From an uncultured Acidobacteriota bacterium (GTDB lineage: Bacteria; Acidobacteriota; Thermoanaerobaculia; Multivoradales; JAHEKO01), in assembly GCA_963713825.1 (NCBI GenBank), contig CAVQNG010000034.1:91933-155932 (forward strand): a stretch of DNA of 64,000 nt, in the 5' to 3' direction. The translations under genes were made by a program, and so were the position numbers. Shown one piece after another: positions 1 to 11,755 of the stretch. The notes under the pieces are model-generated. The model worked only from the letters and a program-made list of their open reading frames with translations, had not been told where the DNA came from and did not search any database. How positions within the stretch are numbered: position 1 is the first letter of the stretch; each line of letters opens with the position of its first letter.

Positions 1-265
1 CAAGCTGAACGTCGAAGGGGCGCATTCCGACCGCTCGGATGGCGGCTTCACGGACCACTGCGAAGGCGGGTACAAGAAGGTCGTCGAGGGCGGTGCCCTT
101 TTCAACCTGCTGGCGGAACTCCGCGGTCTTGGCCCGAAGGGCCTCGTCGGAGAGCGCCTGAATCTCAGGTTCTAGAGCGTTGATGGCCTCCACTAGGGGC
201 TGCATCCGCTTGATGTCGCGCTCGTGTTTGCTGCCGAAGACTTTGGTGAGGGCTCGATTGAGCAT
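1..265 (-). CDS. secA: Preprotein translocase ATPase SecA, N-terminal part (continues off the left edge)
   Basis: Manual translation from ATG at 265: [52 protein letters not shown]...[22 protein letters not shown], the typical SecA N-terminus. Not in the ORF track. Confidence 0.95.
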   Translation of the reverse strand, partial: MLNRALTKVFGSKHERDIKRMQPLVEAINALEPEIQALSDEALRAKTAEFRQQVEKGTALDDLLVPAFAVVREAAIRAVGMRPFDVQL

Positions 266-402
266 TCTGGAACTCTCTCTTGAGCTGGAGTAGGGGCAGA
301 GACGCCCCGACAGGCGTTAACAAGGTCAGTGTAGCAAAGATTCCCTCGGACTCCTGGCCGTGCAGCAGGCCTGGCGGTCCGAATACGAAGGTCTGTTCGG
401 GC

Positions 403-1278
403 TCAGGAGCGGCTCGGCCGCTTGTCCAGGATGTAGGCCAGGGGATTGACGGGTTGCCCTTCGACCCGGACCTCGTAATGCAAATGGAAGCCTGTCGTGC
501 GCCCGGTATTGCCGACGAATCCGATCACTTCGCCGCGGCGGACTCGCTGGCCGGGCTCGACGTTGTAGCTCGCCAAGTGGCCGTAGCGTGTCACCACTCC
601 ATGACCGTGCGACAGATCGACAGAGTTCCCGAGGCGCCCGTTGCGCCGTGCACGCAAGACGACGGCGTCGGCCGTTGCCTTGACCGGTTGACCCGGGGAG
701 GTGGAGATGTCGATGGCTCGATGCAGGGCGCGCTGTCCCGTGACGGGGTCGCTACGATACCCGTAGCTGCTGGTCAGAAGGCCGCGAACAGGCGAGATCG
801 AGGGCGTAGCCGCAGCCAACTGCAGTCTCTCAGCCAACTCGGCGCTGATGCTCTGCAGGCCCCGGTCCAGAAGATCGGCGCGGTCGTTGAGATGTCCGAG
901 CCTACCTTGCTCTGGCAGAAGTAGGTCTTCACCGCCGATGCCTGGGTCCTGTTCGAGTCCCAGGCCGTCGAGTCCTGCCACGATGGCCAATTGCCGGGTC
1001 CGATCCTCGAAGTCGGCCAATTGCCGGGTGAGGTCCCGGACACTGGTCTCAAAGTCCTGGTTGACTTCCCGGAGACGGAGGTTTTCCTTCTCCAGTTGCG
1101 TCAACTGGGCCTTGTCGATTGAGGCAAAAAAGAAGGACCAGGTCGAAACCACCGCCAAGAGCAACAGCAGCACAGCCGCAAGGGCCGCCACCGCGAGTTG
1201 ACGCGAGCTGACGGTCCATTTGCGGAACTTGGCGCGCGAATGCGGCACCAAGATGATGGTGTGGTGCTTCAGTCCCAT
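403..1278 (-). CDS. M23 family metallopeptidase with N-terminal TM and coiled coil
   Basis: HRAIDI (HxxxD), YGHL and GFHLHYEV (HxH) motifs; upstream of secA. Confidence 0.92.
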   Translation of the reverse strand: MGLKHHTIILVPHSRAKFRKWTVSSRQLAVAALAAVLLLLLAVVSTWSFFFASIDKAQLTQLEKENLRLREVNQDFETSVRDLTRQLADFEDRTRQLAIVAGLDGLGLEQDPGIGGEDLLLPEQGRLGHLNDRADLLDRGLQSISAELAERLQLAAATPSISPVRGLLTSSYGYRSDPVTGQRALHRAIDISTSPGQPVKATADAVVLRARRNGRLGNSVDLSHGHGVVTRYGHLASYNVEPGQRVRRGEVIGFVGNTGRTTGFHLHYEVRVEGQPVNPLAYILDKRPSRS

Positions 1279-1344
1279 GACAATTCGACAAGAGTCAAGG
1301 CGGCTAGGTCTTCCCCCAAGAAGAAACTGGCCCGGTCGGGGCCT

Positions 1345-1372
1345 ATTCTACTTTGGCTATGACGACTGTCAA
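1345..1372 (-). promoter_or_regulatory. Putative sigma70 promoter for M23-secA
   Basis: Minus strand TTGACA-16 nt-TAGAAT, about 70 nt upstream of the M23 start. Confidence 0.6.
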
Positions 1373-1383
1373 GGTGAGGGGGC

Positions 1384-1421
1384 GGAGCCGACAGGAGCGG
1401 TTCGGACAACCTGTCGGCTCC
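1384..1421 (-). terminator. Hairpin downstream of acs, probable terminator
   Basis: 12-bp inverted repeat GGAGCCGACAGG / CCTGTCGGCTCC; no clear U-tract. Confidence 0.5.
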
Positions 1422-1504
1422 ACCCATCGTTCTCGGGTTTAGCCTTCGTTCGTGCCGCCCGACAGAGGGTGGCGGATGCGACTCTCAGGCCTGGTCGATG
1501 TCGA

Positions 1505-3496
1505 TCAGCCCCTGCCCTCGATCAGGCTCTCGACGACGGACGGATCCGCCAGCGTCGAGGTGTCACCCAGATTGCCGGTGTCCTTCTCGGCCACCTTGCG
1601 AAGAATGCGTCGCATGATCTTGCCCGACCTGGTTTTGGGTAGAGCCGGCGCAAACTGGATGGCCTCCGGAGTCGCAATTGGTCCGATCTCGGTGCGGACA
1701 TGCTTCACGAGGGCCATGCGCAGCTCGTCACTGGGTTCGACACCTTCGACCGGAGTCACGAAGGCGTAGAGACCCTGACCCTTGATGTCGTGGGGTACCG
1801 GTGTAACGGCCGCTTCAGCGACCGAGGGGTGACTGACCAGGGCGCTCTCGATCTCGGCAGTTCCCAGACGGTGGCCCGAGACGTTGACGACATCGTCGAT
1901 GCGGCCCATCAGCCAGAAGTCACCATCCTCATCGACTCGGCAGCCATCGGCCGTGAAGTACAGATCGGAGTACATTGTGAAATAGGTGTCGATGAAACGG
2001 TCGTGATCGCCCCACATGGTGCGCATCATGCCCGGCCAGGGTTTGCGCACGCAGAGCTTGCCGCCCTCATTGGCATCGCACTCGCTGCCATCGTCGCGCA
2101 GAACGACTGCATCGACTCCAAAGAAGGGTCGCGAGGCGCTTCCAGGCTTCAGGGTGTGCGCACCCGGGAAGGGCGTGATCATGAAGCCACCGGTTTCCGT
2201 CTGCCACCAGGTGTCGACAATCGGGCAGCGCCCGTGTCCAATGCGGTCGTAGTACCACATCCAGGCCTCGGGGTTGATCGGTTCGCCGACTGTGCCGAGC
2301 ACTCGCAGCGAGTCCAGCTTGTACTTGGCAGGCCACTCATCGCCCAGCCGCATCAGCGCCCGCAAAGCGGTCGGCGCCGTATAGAAGACCGTGACGCCGA
2401 ACTTGTCACAGATCTGCCAGAAGCGGCCGGCGTCGGGGTAGGTCGGCACACCCTCGAACATGAGCGAGGTGGCACCGTTCGCCAGCGGTCCGTAGACGAT
2501 GTAGCTGTGGCCTGTCACCCAGCCGATGTCGGCGGTGCACCAGTAGATGTCGTCGTCATGGACGTCGAAAATGAGCTTGTGAGACAGGCTCGTATGCATC
2601 AGGTAGCCGCCGGTCGTGTGAACCACGCCCTTGGGCTTGCCGGTGGAGCCGGAGGTGTAGAGGATGAAGAGCATGTCCTCGGCGTTCATGGGCTCCGCTT
2701 CGCATTCGGTGTCGACCTTGGCCATCTCATCGCCGTACCAGACATCCCTGCCCTCCTGCATGCCGCAGGGCTCGTCATTGACCTTCACCACGATCACCGT
2801 CTCGACCGATGGAGTTTCCTTGACAGCCTCGTCGACGATGTCCTTGAGGTGGATCTGCTTGCCGGACCGGCGCAGGATATTGGCCGTGATGATCATCTTG
2901 CAGTCGGAGTCGTTGACGCGGCCGCGGATCGCCTCGGCGCTGAAGCCGCCGAAGATCACGGAGTGGATGGCGCCGATTCGCGCACAAGCCAGCATGGCGA
3001 CTGCCAGCTCTGGAACCATCCCTAAGTAGACGGCGACTCGATCGCCCTTCTGGATGCCGTGGGCCTTGAGAACGTTGGCGAATCGACGGACCTCGTCGTA
3101 GAGCTCGCGATAGGTGATGTGCTGGACCGCGTCCTCTTCTTCACCTTGCCAGATGATCGCCGTCTTGTTCTCGATGGGCGTTCCCATGTGCCGATCGAGA
3201 CAGTTGTAGGACACATTGAGGGCACCGTCGGCAAACCAGGTGTGCTCGATGCGGCGGTTCTCGGTGTCCCAGACGTACTCGAGTGTCTTCGTGGGCTCCT
3301 TGAACCAGGACAGGCTCTTGGCCTGCTCGAGCCAGAATTCGTCGGGTTGCTCGATCGACATGCGCCACATCGTCTCGAACTCTTCCGGGCTCGAGATGTG
3401 TGCCCTGCCACGAACTTCTTCGGACGGAGGGAAGGTCCGCTTCTCGGTCATCAGAGATTCGATGGACTTTTTCTTGGATTCCATGATTGTGCTCAT
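1505..3496 (-). CDS. acs: AMP-forming acetyl-CoA synthetase
   Basis: [34 protein letters not shown] and [11 protein letters not shown] motifs. Confidence 0.97.
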   Translation of the reverse strand: MSTIMESKKKSIESLMTEKRTFPPSEEVRGRAHISSPEEFETMWRMSIEQPDEFWLEQAKSLSWFKEPTKTLEYVWDTENRRIEHTWFADGALNVSYNCLDRHMGTPIENKTAIIWQGEEEDAVQHITYRELYDEVRRFANVLKAHGIQKGDRVAVYLGMVPELAVAMLACARIGAIHSVIFGGFSAEAIRGRVNDSDCKMIITANILRRSGKQIHLKDIVDEAVKETPSVETVIVVKVNDEPCGMQEGRDVWYGDEMAKVDTECEAEPMNAEDMLFILYTSGSTGKPKGVVHTTGGYLMHTSLSHKLIFDVHDDDIYWCTADIGWVTGHSYIVYGPLANGATSLMFEGVPTYPDAGRFWQICDKFGVTVFYTAPTALRALMRLGDEWPAKYKLDSLRVLGTVGEPINPEAWMWYYDRIGHGRCPIVDTWWQTETGGFMITPFPGAHTLKPGSASRPFFGVDAVVLRDDGSECDANEGGKLCVRKPWPGMMRTMWGDHDRFIDTYFTMYSDLYFTADGCRVDEDGDFWLMGRIDDVVNVSGHRLGTAEIESALVSHPSVAEAAVTPVPHDIKGQGLYAFVTPVEGVEPSDELRMALVKHVRTEIGPIATPEAIQFAPALPKTRSGKIMRRILRKVAEKDTGNLGDTSTLADPSVVESLIEGRG

Positions 3497-3890
3497 CTCC
3501 CTAGGCTGTCCATGAGTGGATCAAAGACTGTATCGTGATTCGGAATGCTTCGAAGCGAGATTGCGAGTCGCACGAGTGGATGCCAGTGCCGGACTTTTCC
3601 CCTTTTCTGGATCGACTTGCTGCGAGTGCTGCGGCTCCAGGAGTCTGGAGATTGACGGGCTCCCCAAAGGGGTGCCCTGAGTCTCATCGTAGTGTTGCAG
3701 CGAGTCGTGTTCGAAGGAACACCCGGCGGGGTAGGACGTCGCCTACCCCTTGAGGGCGTTGAATTTGGGCCCAACAATGCTACTTTTTTCCGAGTGGTCG
3801 GGGCCGCCCGAAGCAGGGTGGTCGACCGAGCTTCCCACGATCGGAAACTCCTTTTCGTTTCACCCATAAATAAGAGCTCGGAGGGACAGT

Positions 3891-5243
3891 ATGAGCAGGG
3901 AATCTGCCGGCAATCGCTGGACCGTAATCCTCGGAGGCCTGATCGTTCAGATCATCCTAGGTACCGTCTACGCCTTCAGCGTTTTTGTTAAACCCCTGGA
4001 GTCACAGATGGGTTGGGACCGGGCCACTACGCAGTGGGCCTTCTCGGTTACCTTGGCGACGTTCGCAATCGTGATGATTCCAGCGGGCCGTCTTCAGGAC
4101 CGGATCGGGCCCCGAAAAGTCGCCTCGATCGGTGGCATCCTTCTCGGGATCTCTTTCCTGGCCGGGGCCCTCTTGGTAGCACCTGAACGCCCCTGGGCTC
4201 TGTATCTGACTTACGGCGTCATCGGCGGTGCCGGAATCGGTTTCGCCTATGTCTGTCCCATCGCCGCAGCAGTCAAGTGGTTCCCTGACAAGAAGGGGCT
4301 GATCACCGGACTGGCGGTGGCCGGGTTCGGTGCCGGGGCACTCTTTTTCGCCGGTCCTGCTTCGGTTCTGTTGCAAGCGCCCGGAGGAGGAGAAGAGGGA
4401 TTGGGCTTGCTCCAGATCATCATGATCGGCCTGGGTTTCTCTGCGGGCCCTGGTTTCGGGATCGGCTGGCGGGCCTTCTTCGTCATGCACGGCCTGGTAG
4501 CAGGAGTCGGTGTGCTACTGGGAGCCTCTCTTCTGCGGAACCCCCCCGAGGGTTGGAAGCCACCGGGATGGTCTCCCGATCCAGCTGTGGTCAAGGTCCA
4601 GCGGGATGTTGAATGGCACGAGATGCTCAATCGACCTCTGGCCTGCATGCTGTGGATCACCTTCATCTTCGGTGCCACGTCTGGCCTTCTCGCGATCGGT
4701 CAGTGGAAGCCCATGATGGGCACGATTCTCGGTGGTAGCACTTTTGCGCCCGCGTGGATGGGCAGCTTCGGGCGATTCGTGGAGCCGGTCGGAATCTTGG
4801 CCATCTTCAACGCCATCGGTCGAATCTTCTGGGGCAAGATCAGCGACATCATCGATCGCCCGCGCGCCATGATGATCATGTATCTGGGACAGGGACTGGC
4901 CTTCATGCTGCTGGCCGGAATCGACTCGGTATTGGCGGTGTTTGTGGCCTCGGCCTGGGTCGGCCTCAACTTTGGTGGTAACTTCGCCCTCTTTCCGTCT
5001 GCCACGGCCGACTATTTCGGTACCAAGAATCTGGGCATGAACTACGGATGGATCTTCACAGCATACGGTGTGGCGGGCATTCTCGGACCGGCGGTGGGAG
5101 GAGTCTTGTTCGACGCCACCCAGGACTACATCCTGGCCTTCCTGTTCGCCGGGGTCCTGTGCTTTCTCGCCGCTGCCTGTTCGATCGTGGTTTGGGCTTT
5201 GTCGAGAAGACCCGTAGACGGAGCCGAAACGAGCAATGCTTGA
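3891..5243 (+). CDS. MFS transporter, oxalate:formate antiporter (OFA)-like
   Basis: About 12 hydrophobic segments; GRLQDRIGPR, KWFPDKKGLITGLAVAGFGAG, YFGTKNLGMNYG. Confidence 0.9.
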   Translation: MSRESAGNRWTVILGGLIVQIILGTVYAFSVFVKPLESQMGWDRATTQWAFSVTLATFAIVMIPAGRLQDRIGPRKVASIGGILLGISFLAGALLVAPERPWALYLTYGVIGGAGIGFAYVCPIAAAVKWFPDKKGLITGLAVAGFGAGALFFAGPASVLLQAPGGGEEGLGLLQIIMIGLGFSAGPGFGIGWRAFFVMHGLVAGVGVLLGASLLRNPPEGWKPPGWSPDPAVVKVQRDVEWHEMLNRPLACMLWITFIFGATSGLLAIGQWKPMMGTILGGSTFAPAWMGSFGRFVEPVGILAIFNAIGRIFWGKISDIIDRPRAMMIMYLGQGLAFMLLAGIDSVLAVFVASAWVGLNFGGNFALFPSATADYFGTKNLGMNYGWIFTAYGVAGILGPAVGGVLFDATQDYILAFLFAGVLCFLAAACSIVVWALSRRPVDGAETSNA

Positions 5244-7341
5244 ATCGTTGTTGAAGCCCCAGTCGGTTGCAGTTCTCGGCGCCTCGCGGAATGCCGGTAA
5301 GGTCGGCCACGAAGTCCTGGCCAACCTGCTGAAAGGAGGTTTCGAGGGGGCCATCTACCCGGTAAACCCGGGAGCCGAGGAGATCCTGGGCCTGCGCTGC
5401 TACCCGGACGTTGCTTCCATCGGCGAGCCGGTGGATCTCTGCCTGGTCGCGTTGCCCGTCGCCAAGGTCGAGGCAGCGGTCAAGGAAGCTCTGGCCTCCA
5501 AGGTCGGGGCGATGGTCATCCTGACCGCCGGTTTCAAGGAGGTGGGGGAGGATGGAGCCGACCTCGAGGCGAGAATCGCCGGTCTCTGTGGCCAGCATCG
5601 GGTCCGGCTCATGGGTCCGAACTCTGTGGGGCTGATCAACGCGCATCATGCGCTGAACGCCACCTTTGCACCCGTCATGCCTCCTGCCGGAGGCATTTCG
5701 GTGATCTCGCAGTCCGGCGCCCTCTGTGTCGCCATTCTGGATTGGGCCGCAAGTCAGGGAATCGGCTTGGGGACTACGGTCAGCTTCGGCAACAAGGCCG
5801 ACCTCAATGAGGTCGACTTCCTGGAGGCGCTGGCCGAGGACGAGCAGACGCGGGTTATCACCGGCTATCTAGAGAGCATCGACGATGGCGAGAGGTTTCT
5901 GGCAGCTGCCCAGGAGGCGGCCGACATCAAGCCGGTTGTGATTCTCAAGGTTGGGGTGACGGCCGCTGGTGCCAAAGCGGCCTCATCCCACACCGGCAGC
6001 CTGGCGGGTGCGGACATTGCCTATTGGGCTGCCTTCAAGCGCGCCGGCGTGATTCGAGCCGAGACGTTCGAGTCGCTGTTCGACTACGCGCAAGCCTTCG
6101 CCATGCAACCTCTGCCAAAAGGTAGGCGTCTGGCGGTCATCACCAATGCTGGCGGGCCGGGCATCATGGCCGCGGATGCGGCGGAAGGCTCGGGGCTGGA
6201 CTTGGCGTCGCCGGATGCTGTCACGCAGAAGGCCCTGCGAGCGACGCTGCCGGCCGAGGCTGCAGTGGGCAATCCGATTGATGTCATCGGGGACGCGGAT
6301 CCTGACCGCTACATGGCCGCGTTCGAGACGGTCCAAGCCAGTGATTTCAGCGATGCGATCCTGCTGATCGCGACGCCCCAGAACATGACCAGGCCGGTGG
6401 AGCTGGCGAATCGGCTGGCCGCAGCCCATGACGGCAAGAAACCGCTTGTGGCGGCGTTCATGGGTGGTGACGGAGTGGAAGAGGCGCGGCGCATTCTGAC
6501 GGCGCTGAACATCCCGAGCTATCCATCCCCTGAGAGGGCCGTCCGGGCACTCAGGGGGATGGCGGACTACGCTGCTTGGCGCGACAGACCCCCCCGGGTT
6601 GTAACCCGTTTCCCCGTCAATCGACGCCGAGTCGAAAGGGTGATCCGGTGGCACAGACGAATGAAGCTCGATCAGATCGGTGAGGTGGAAGGCAAAGAGA
6701 TCCTGCGGGCCTATGACTTCACCATTCCTCCCGGCCGTCTTTGCGAAACGTCGAGCCAGGCCGTCGAGGCTGCCAATCAAATTGGCTATCCGGTGGTGAT
6801 GAAGATCGTCTCACCGGACATCATCCACAAGTCGGACGTTGGGGGTGTGCGGCTCAGTCTGGCCACGTCCGAGCAGGTCAGGGACGCCTTCGACCTACTG
6901 ATGCTCCGATCGACCCGCAGCGTGCCGGAAGCCCGGGTCCGTGGCGCTTATGTGGAGGCTATGGGAAAGCGGGGCCGCGAGGTGATTCTGGGAATGACCC
7001 GGGATCCCCAGTTCGGACCGATGCTGATGTTCGGTCTTGGTGGGATTTTCGTCGAGGTCATGAAGGACGTGACTTTTCACCTGGCGCCGATCACCGCAGA
7101 GGAAGCCATGCAGATGCTGAGAGCCACCCGTTCCTACGCTCTGCTGACCGGTGCGCGCGGAGAATCCGCAGTGGATCTGGAAGCGATCGCCGGCGGTCTG
7201 CAACGCATCAGCCAACTGTCGACGGACTACCCCGAGATCGTCGAGCTGGATCTGAATCCCTTTATCGTGGGGCAGGTGGGCGGTGAATCCTATGTTGCCG
7301 ATGCCCGTATGGCCTTGGGCCCCCAGGAGGTGGAGAAATGA
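5236..7341 (+). CDS. ADP-forming acetate/acyl-CoA ligase (alpha-beta fusion)
   Basis: CoA-binding N-terminus (VAVLGAS, YPVNP), SQSGA, SSHTGSLAG (phospho-His), TNAGGPG, ATP-grasp HKSDVGGV; overlaps the MFS stop. Confidence 0.92.
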   Translation: MLESLLKPQSVAVLGASRNAGKVGHEVLANLLKGGFEGAIYPVNPGAEEILGLRCYPDVASIGEPVDLCLVALPVAKVEAAVKEALASKVGAMVILTAGFKEVGEDGADLEARIAGLCGQHRVRLMGPNSVGLINAHHALNATFAPVMPPAGGISVISQSGALCVAILDWAASQGIGLGTTVSFGNKADLNEVDFLEALAEDEQTRVITGYLESIDDGERFLAAAQEAADIKPVVILKVGVTAAGAKAASSHTGSLAGADIAYWAAFKRAGVIRAETFESLFDYAQAFAMQPLPKGRRLAVITNAGGPGIMAADAAEGSGLDLASPDAVTQKALRATLPAEAAVGNPIDVIGDADPDRYMAAFETVQASDFSDAILLIATPQNMTRPVELANRLAAAHDGKKPLVAAFMGGDGVEEARRILTALNIPSYPSPERAVRALRGMADYAAWRDRPPRVVTRFPVNRRRVERVIRWHRRMKLDQIGEVEGKEILRAYDFTIPPGRLCETSSQAVEAANQIGYPVVMKIVSPDIIHKSDVGGVRLSLATSEQVRDAFDLLMLRSTRSVPEARVRGAYVEAMGKRGREVILGMTRDPQFGPMLMFGLGGIFVEVMKDVTFHLAPITAEEAMQMLRATRSYALLTGARGESAVDLEAIAGGLQRISQLSTDYPEIVELDLNPFIVGQVGGESYVADARMALGPQEVEK

Positions 7342-9203
7342 GTCGCTTCGACACTGCCTGGAAGGAGAAGTACTCGGACATGATCGCCACTGCTGACGAG
7401 GCTGTCGCCAGTTTGCAGCCTGGGCAGAGGGTCTTCATCGGGACCGGTTGTGCCGAGCCCCTCGAGCTGGTGCGAGCGCTCACCAAGCGGTCGCAGGAGC
7501 TGCCCGATACCGAGATCGTGCATCTCTTGACCTTCGGCGAGGCGCCTTACGCGCACCGGGAGATGACCCGCTACTTTCGCATCAACAGCTTCTTCATCGC
7601 GGAGAACGTCAGGGAGATCATCCAAGAGGGTCTCGGGGACTACACCCCCGTCTTCCTGTCAGACATCCCACGCCTGTTCAGTAGCGGACAATTGCCGCTG
7701 GACGCGGCTCTCATTCAGGTGACACCACCCGATGAGAATGGCATGTGCAGTCTCGGCGTGTCGGTCGATATAGTCAGGAGCGCGGCGGAAAACGCCTCGT
7801 TGGTCATCGCGCAGGTCAACCCCAACATGCCGTGGACGCACGGTACGTCCCAGATCCACGTCTTCGACCTGGATGTCTTGGTTCCCAGTGACGAGCCGAT
7901 CCTCGAGACTTCCTACGCCGAGGCCACGGAAGACACTCGCCAGATTGCCGAGTACGTTGCGGCCCTGGTCGAGGACGGCTCCACGATCGAAGTCGGTATC
8001 GGGCGAATTCCCCATGCGCTGCTTTCGTTCCTCGCAGGGAAAAAGGACCTCGGCATCCACACCGAGATGATCACTGACGGAATCGTCGATCTCATCGAGG
8101 CTGGAGTCATCAACGGTAGCCGCAAGACGCTGGACAGAGGCAAGATTGTCGCCAGCTTCTGCCTCGGTACCCGCAAGCTCTACGACTACATCGACGACAA
8201 TCCACTCTTCAGTTTTCGGCCCACCGAGTACGTCAATGACCCGTTCATCATTAGTCAGCATCACAAGATGGTGGCCATCAACGTCGCTCTGGAAGTGGAT
8301 CTCACAGGACAGGTCTGCGCCGATTCGATCGGCACCAAGTTCTTCTCGGGCGTCGGAGGTCAAGTCGACTTCAACCGTGGTGCTGCGCGAGCTCACAAGG
8401 GCAAGGCTATTATCGCCCTACCCTCGACTGCCAGAGGCGGCAGTGTGTCACGCATCGTGACGTACTTGAGCCCCGGAGCGGGAGTTGTCACCACGAGGGC
8501 GGACGTGCACTACGTGATCACCGAGTACGGCGCGGCCTACCTCCATGGCAAGAGCGTTCAGGAAAGGGCTCTGGCCCTGATCTCCGTGGCGCATCCGGAT
8601 TTTCGAGCCAAGCTGCTCCGCGATGCCATCGAGGCTCGGTATCTGTCGGCGGATTTCGCCGATGTCGAAGGCAAGATCGTCATTGGCCCCAAAGAGCTAT
8701 CCACCACCATGCTTCTCACCGATGGGACACAGATCGGATTCCGTCCGATTCATCCCACCGATGAGCATCGGATGAGAAACCTCTTCTACGAGCTGTCCCA
8801 GCAGACGATCTACTACCGTTTCATGAGCGACCTGAAACGGCTGCCTCGCAAGCAGATTCAGGACTTCGTCTACATCGATCACCGCAACGACATCGCCGTC
8901 GTCGGAACCGTGCCGGAGGCCGACGGGGAGCGCATCGTGGCCATCGGTCGCTACTTCCTGGATCCGACCACGAACCTTGCCGAGGTCGCCTTCGTCGTGC
9001 TCGACGGATGGCAGGGCAAGGGCATAGGGACCTTTCTCTTCAATCACCTGATGAAGATCGCCAGGCGCAACGGCATCCGAGGCTTCACGGCAGAAGTCCT
9101 GTCCCAGAATAGAGCCATGCAGGCCGTCTTCGACCGCAGCAACTGCAAGACGCGCAGCCGCCTCGCCGAAGGGGTCTACAGCTACGAGATGATCTTCGAT
9201 TGA
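7338..9203 (+). CDS. Acetyl-CoA hydrolase/CoA-transferase fused to a C-terminal GNAT acetyltransferase
   Basis: GIGRIP, LGIHTEM, SGVGGQVDF, VITEYG; C-terminal FRPIHPTD...AEVAFVV...WQGKGIGTFL...NRAM; ATGA overlap. Confidence 0.9.
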   Translation: MSRFDTAWKEKYSDMIATADEAVASLQPGQRVFIGTGCAEPLELVRALTKRSQELPDTEIVHLLTFGEAPYAHREMTRYFRINSFFIAENVREIIQEGLGDYTPVFLSDIPRLFSSGQLPLDAALIQVTPPDENGMCSLGVSVDIVRSAAENASLVIAQVNPNMPWTHGTSQIHVFDLDVLVPSDEPILETSYAEATEDTRQIAEYVAALVEDGSTIEVGIGRIPHALLSFLAGKKDLGIHTEMITDGIVDLIEAGVINGSRKTLDRGKIVASFCLGTRKLYDYIDDNPLFSFRPTEYVNDPFIISQHHKMVAINVALEVDLTGQVCADSIGTKFFSGVGGQVDFNRGAARAHKGKAIIALPSTARGGSVSRIVTYLSPGAGVVTTRADVHYVITEYGAAYLHGKSVQERALALISVAHPDFRAKLLRDAIEARYLSADFADVEGKIVIGPKELSTTMLLTDGTQIGFRPIHPTDEHRMRNLFYELSQQTIYYRFMSDLKRLPRKQIQDFVYIDHRNDIAVVGTVPEADGERIVAIGRYFLDPTTNLAEVAFVVLDGWQGKGIGTFLFNHLMKIARRNGIRGFTAEVLSQNRAMQAVFDRSNCKTRSRLAEGVYSYEMIFD

Positions 9204-9230
9204 GCTTGATTCTGCTCGATCGAGGCAGAG

Positions 9231-9270
9231 AAAAAGCCGCCGACTCGAGCTCGAGTCGGCGGCCGATTTT
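9231..9270. terminator. Bidirectional terminator between convergent genes
   Basis: Perfect 28-bp palindrome at 9236-9263 (GCCGCCGACTCGAGCTCGAGTCGGCGGC) with an A-tract before and a T-tract after. Confidence 0.8.
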
Positions 9271-9285
9271 GACTCCCTGGCTACC

Positions 9286-11604
9286 CTAGCCGACCGGTAC
9301 GATATCCGGCTCTTCTTCTTCCAATTCGGCCATCGGTGGCAATTCCAGGTCACTGGCCTCCTGGGCATCGACGACGGCGATGGCGGCCATGTTCACCACA
9401 TCCTTGGCCTCGCAGCCGTATTGCAGTAAGTGAACCGGCAGGTTCATGCCGGTGAGAATCGGGCCAATCGCCTCGGCCCCTGCCAGTCGCTGGACCAACT
9501 TGAAAGCGACATTCGCCGACTGGATTTCTGGAAAGACCAGCACGTTCGCGCGGCGCTTCAAGTTGCTGAAAGGGTAGAACTCCTCGATCAGCCTCGGTTC
9601 GACCGCGGTGTCCGCCTGCATCTCCCCGTCCACCATGAGGTCGGGTCTGCGGAGGCGGACCAGTTCGGTCGCCTTCTGGACCTTCGTGACATCTGGATGA
9701 GAGACACTCCCAAAATTGGAGAACGAGAGCATCGCGACGCGCGGCTCGACGTGGAAATGTTCGGCGACTTCGGCGCTGCTCAAGGCGATGTCTGCCAGCT
9801 CTTCGGCGGAAGGATTGATGTTCACGGTTGGATCCGCGAAGAAGTAGACCCTGTCCTTGACGATCATCATGAAGACGCTGGCGACGATCGACAGATCAGG
9901 CCGTGGCCCGATGATCTTGAGGAAGGTCCGCAGCGTCTCGGGGTAGTGATGACTGATGCCACCCACGACAGCGTCGGCATCGCCTTGCCTGAGCATCATG
10001 GCGCCCCAGGCCATGGGATCCCGCAGGGCATTGCGAGCGTCGGCTCGGGTGATGCCCTTGCGGTGGCGAAGGTCGAACAACGCCTCGGTGTACTGCTTCC
10101 ACCGGTCCTTGTTGGCCGTCGGCTCCTCGATGACGACGTTGTCGAGGTGGAGATCCAGCTCATCGATCCGTCGGCGGATGCGTTCCTCGTTGCCGAGCAG
10201 GACAGGCTCCGCGAAACCCTCGTCGACGATGACTTGCGCCGCCCGCAGGATCTTTCGATCCGCTCCTTCGGGAAGCACCAGCCGCTTGGGAGCGATCTTG
10301 GCGCGATTGATAATGATGCGCATCACGTGCTGCGCCTTGCCGAGACGCCTCTCGAGCTCTTCCTTGTACTCCTCGATGTCCACGGGGTGCTGAGCCACGC
10401 CGCTGTCCATGGCGGCCTGGGCGACGGCTGCGGCCTCCCAGATGAGAACCCGATGATCGAACGGCTTCGGGATCAGGTACTCCCGTCCGAAATGGAGGGT
10501 ATCCACTCCGTAGGCGTTCATGACCGAGTCGGGCACGTCCTGTTTGGCGAGATCGGCCAACGCCTTCGTCGCCGCCAGCTTCATCTCTTCGTTGATGGTT
10601 GTGGCTCGGACATCCAAGGCACCCCTGAAGATGAAGGGGAAGCCGAGGACGTTATTGACCTGGTTGGGATAGTCGGAGCGGCCGGTGGCCATGATCACGT
10701 CCGAACGAGCCGCCTTCGCATCGTCGTAAGTGATTTCCGGATCGGGGTTCGCCATGGCGAAGATGATCGGATTCTCGGCCATGCTACGCACCATGTCCTG
10801 GCTGACCTGATCCGCCTTGGAGAGTCCTACGAAGACGTCCGCGCCAGCGATGGCGTCAGCTAGGGTCCTGGCGTCGGTGTCGTTCGCCAGCTTCTCCTTG
10901 AAGGGGTTCATGCCCTCCTTGCGACCCTTGTAGACAACCCCCTTGCTGTCGCAGAGCATGAGGTTCTCGGGATTGACTCCGAGGCTGATGTAGAAGGTGG
11001 CGCAGGCAATGCCGCTGGCTCCGGCACCGTTGAATACGACTCGTGCCTCACCGATGTCCTTGCCGACCAACTCCAGGGCGTTCAGCAGCGCGGCGCCAGA
11101 GATGATCGCCGTGCCGTGCTGATCGTCGTGGAAGACCGGAATCGACAGCTTCTTTTTGAGGGCCTCTTCGATATAGAAGCACTCGGGTGCCTTGATGTCC
11201 TCCAGATTGATGCCGCCGAAAGTGGGCTCCAGCAGCTCGCAGGCCTTGATGATCTCATCGGGGTCGTGACTGTCGATTTCAATGTCGAAGACATCCACGT
11301 CGGCGAACCTCTTGAAAAGGACGCCCTTGCCCTCCATGACCGGCTTGCCGGCGAGGGCTCCAATGTCGCCGAGGCCCAGAACCGCAGTGCCGTTCGACAC
11401 CACTGCCACGAGATTGCCCCTACCCGTGTAGCGATAAGCCTCTTCCGGCGCCTCGTGAATCCGGCGACAGGGCACGGCTACACCTGGTGTGTAGGCGAGG
11501 GACAGATCTCGTTGGGTGATACAGGGTTTGCTCGAGATGACCTCCAGCTTGCCAGGACGCCCTTTCGAGTGGTAATCGAGAGCTTCTTGATCACGAATCT
11601 TCAT
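9286..11604 (-). CDS. maeB: NADP-dependent malic enzyme with PTA-like domain
   Basis: [42 protein letters not shown] and a C-terminal PTA domain (DGEMQAD). Confidence 0.96.
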   Translation of the reverse strand: MKIRDQEALDYHSKGRPGKLEVISSKPCITQRDLSLAYTPGVAVPCRRIHEAPEEAYRYTGRGNLVAVVSNGTAVLGLGDIGALAGKPVMEGKGVLFKRFADVDVFDIEIDSHDPDEIIKACELLEPTFGGINLEDIKAPECFYIEEALKKKLSIPVFHDDQHGTAIISGAALLNALELVGKDIGEARVVFNGAGASGIACATFYISLGVNPENLMLCDSKGVVYKGRKEGMNPFKEKLANDTDARTLADAIAGADVFVGLSKADQVSQDMVRSMAENPIIFAMANPDPEITYDDAKAARSDVIMATGRSDYPNQVNNVLGFPFIFRGALDVRATTINEEMKLAATKALADLAKQDVPDSVMNAYGVDTLHFGREYLIPKPFDHRVLIWEAAAVAQAAMDSGVAQHPVDIEEYKEELERRLGKAQHVMRIIINRAKIAPKRLVLPEGADRKILRAAQVIVDEGFAEPVLLGNEERIRRRIDELDLHLDNVVIEEPTANKDRWKQYTEALFDLRHRKGITRADARNALRDPMAWGAMMLRQGDADAVVGGISHHYPETLRTFLKIIGPRPDLSIVASVFMMIVKDRVYFFADPTVNINPSAEELADIALSSAEVAEHFHVEPRVAMLSFSNFGSVSHPDVTKVQKATELVRLRRPDLMVDGEMQADTAVEPRLIEEFYPFSNLKRRANVLVFPEIQSANVAFKLVQRLAGAEAIGPILTGMNLPVHLLQYGCEAKDVVNMAAIAVVDAQEASDLELPPMAELEEEEPDIVPVG

Positions 11605-11755
11605 GACAATCGTCCTCCTCGGGACTCTCCCTCAGTGGAGGTCCCAGCTGCCCAAAACTGTGACACCAGAATCCTGGCTTCGCAACGCCCCGATTAGGGA
11701 GTTTGCACCTACTCCGTAGGGTAGGCAGCAACTGGCACTTTAGGCTGCCTCTAGA

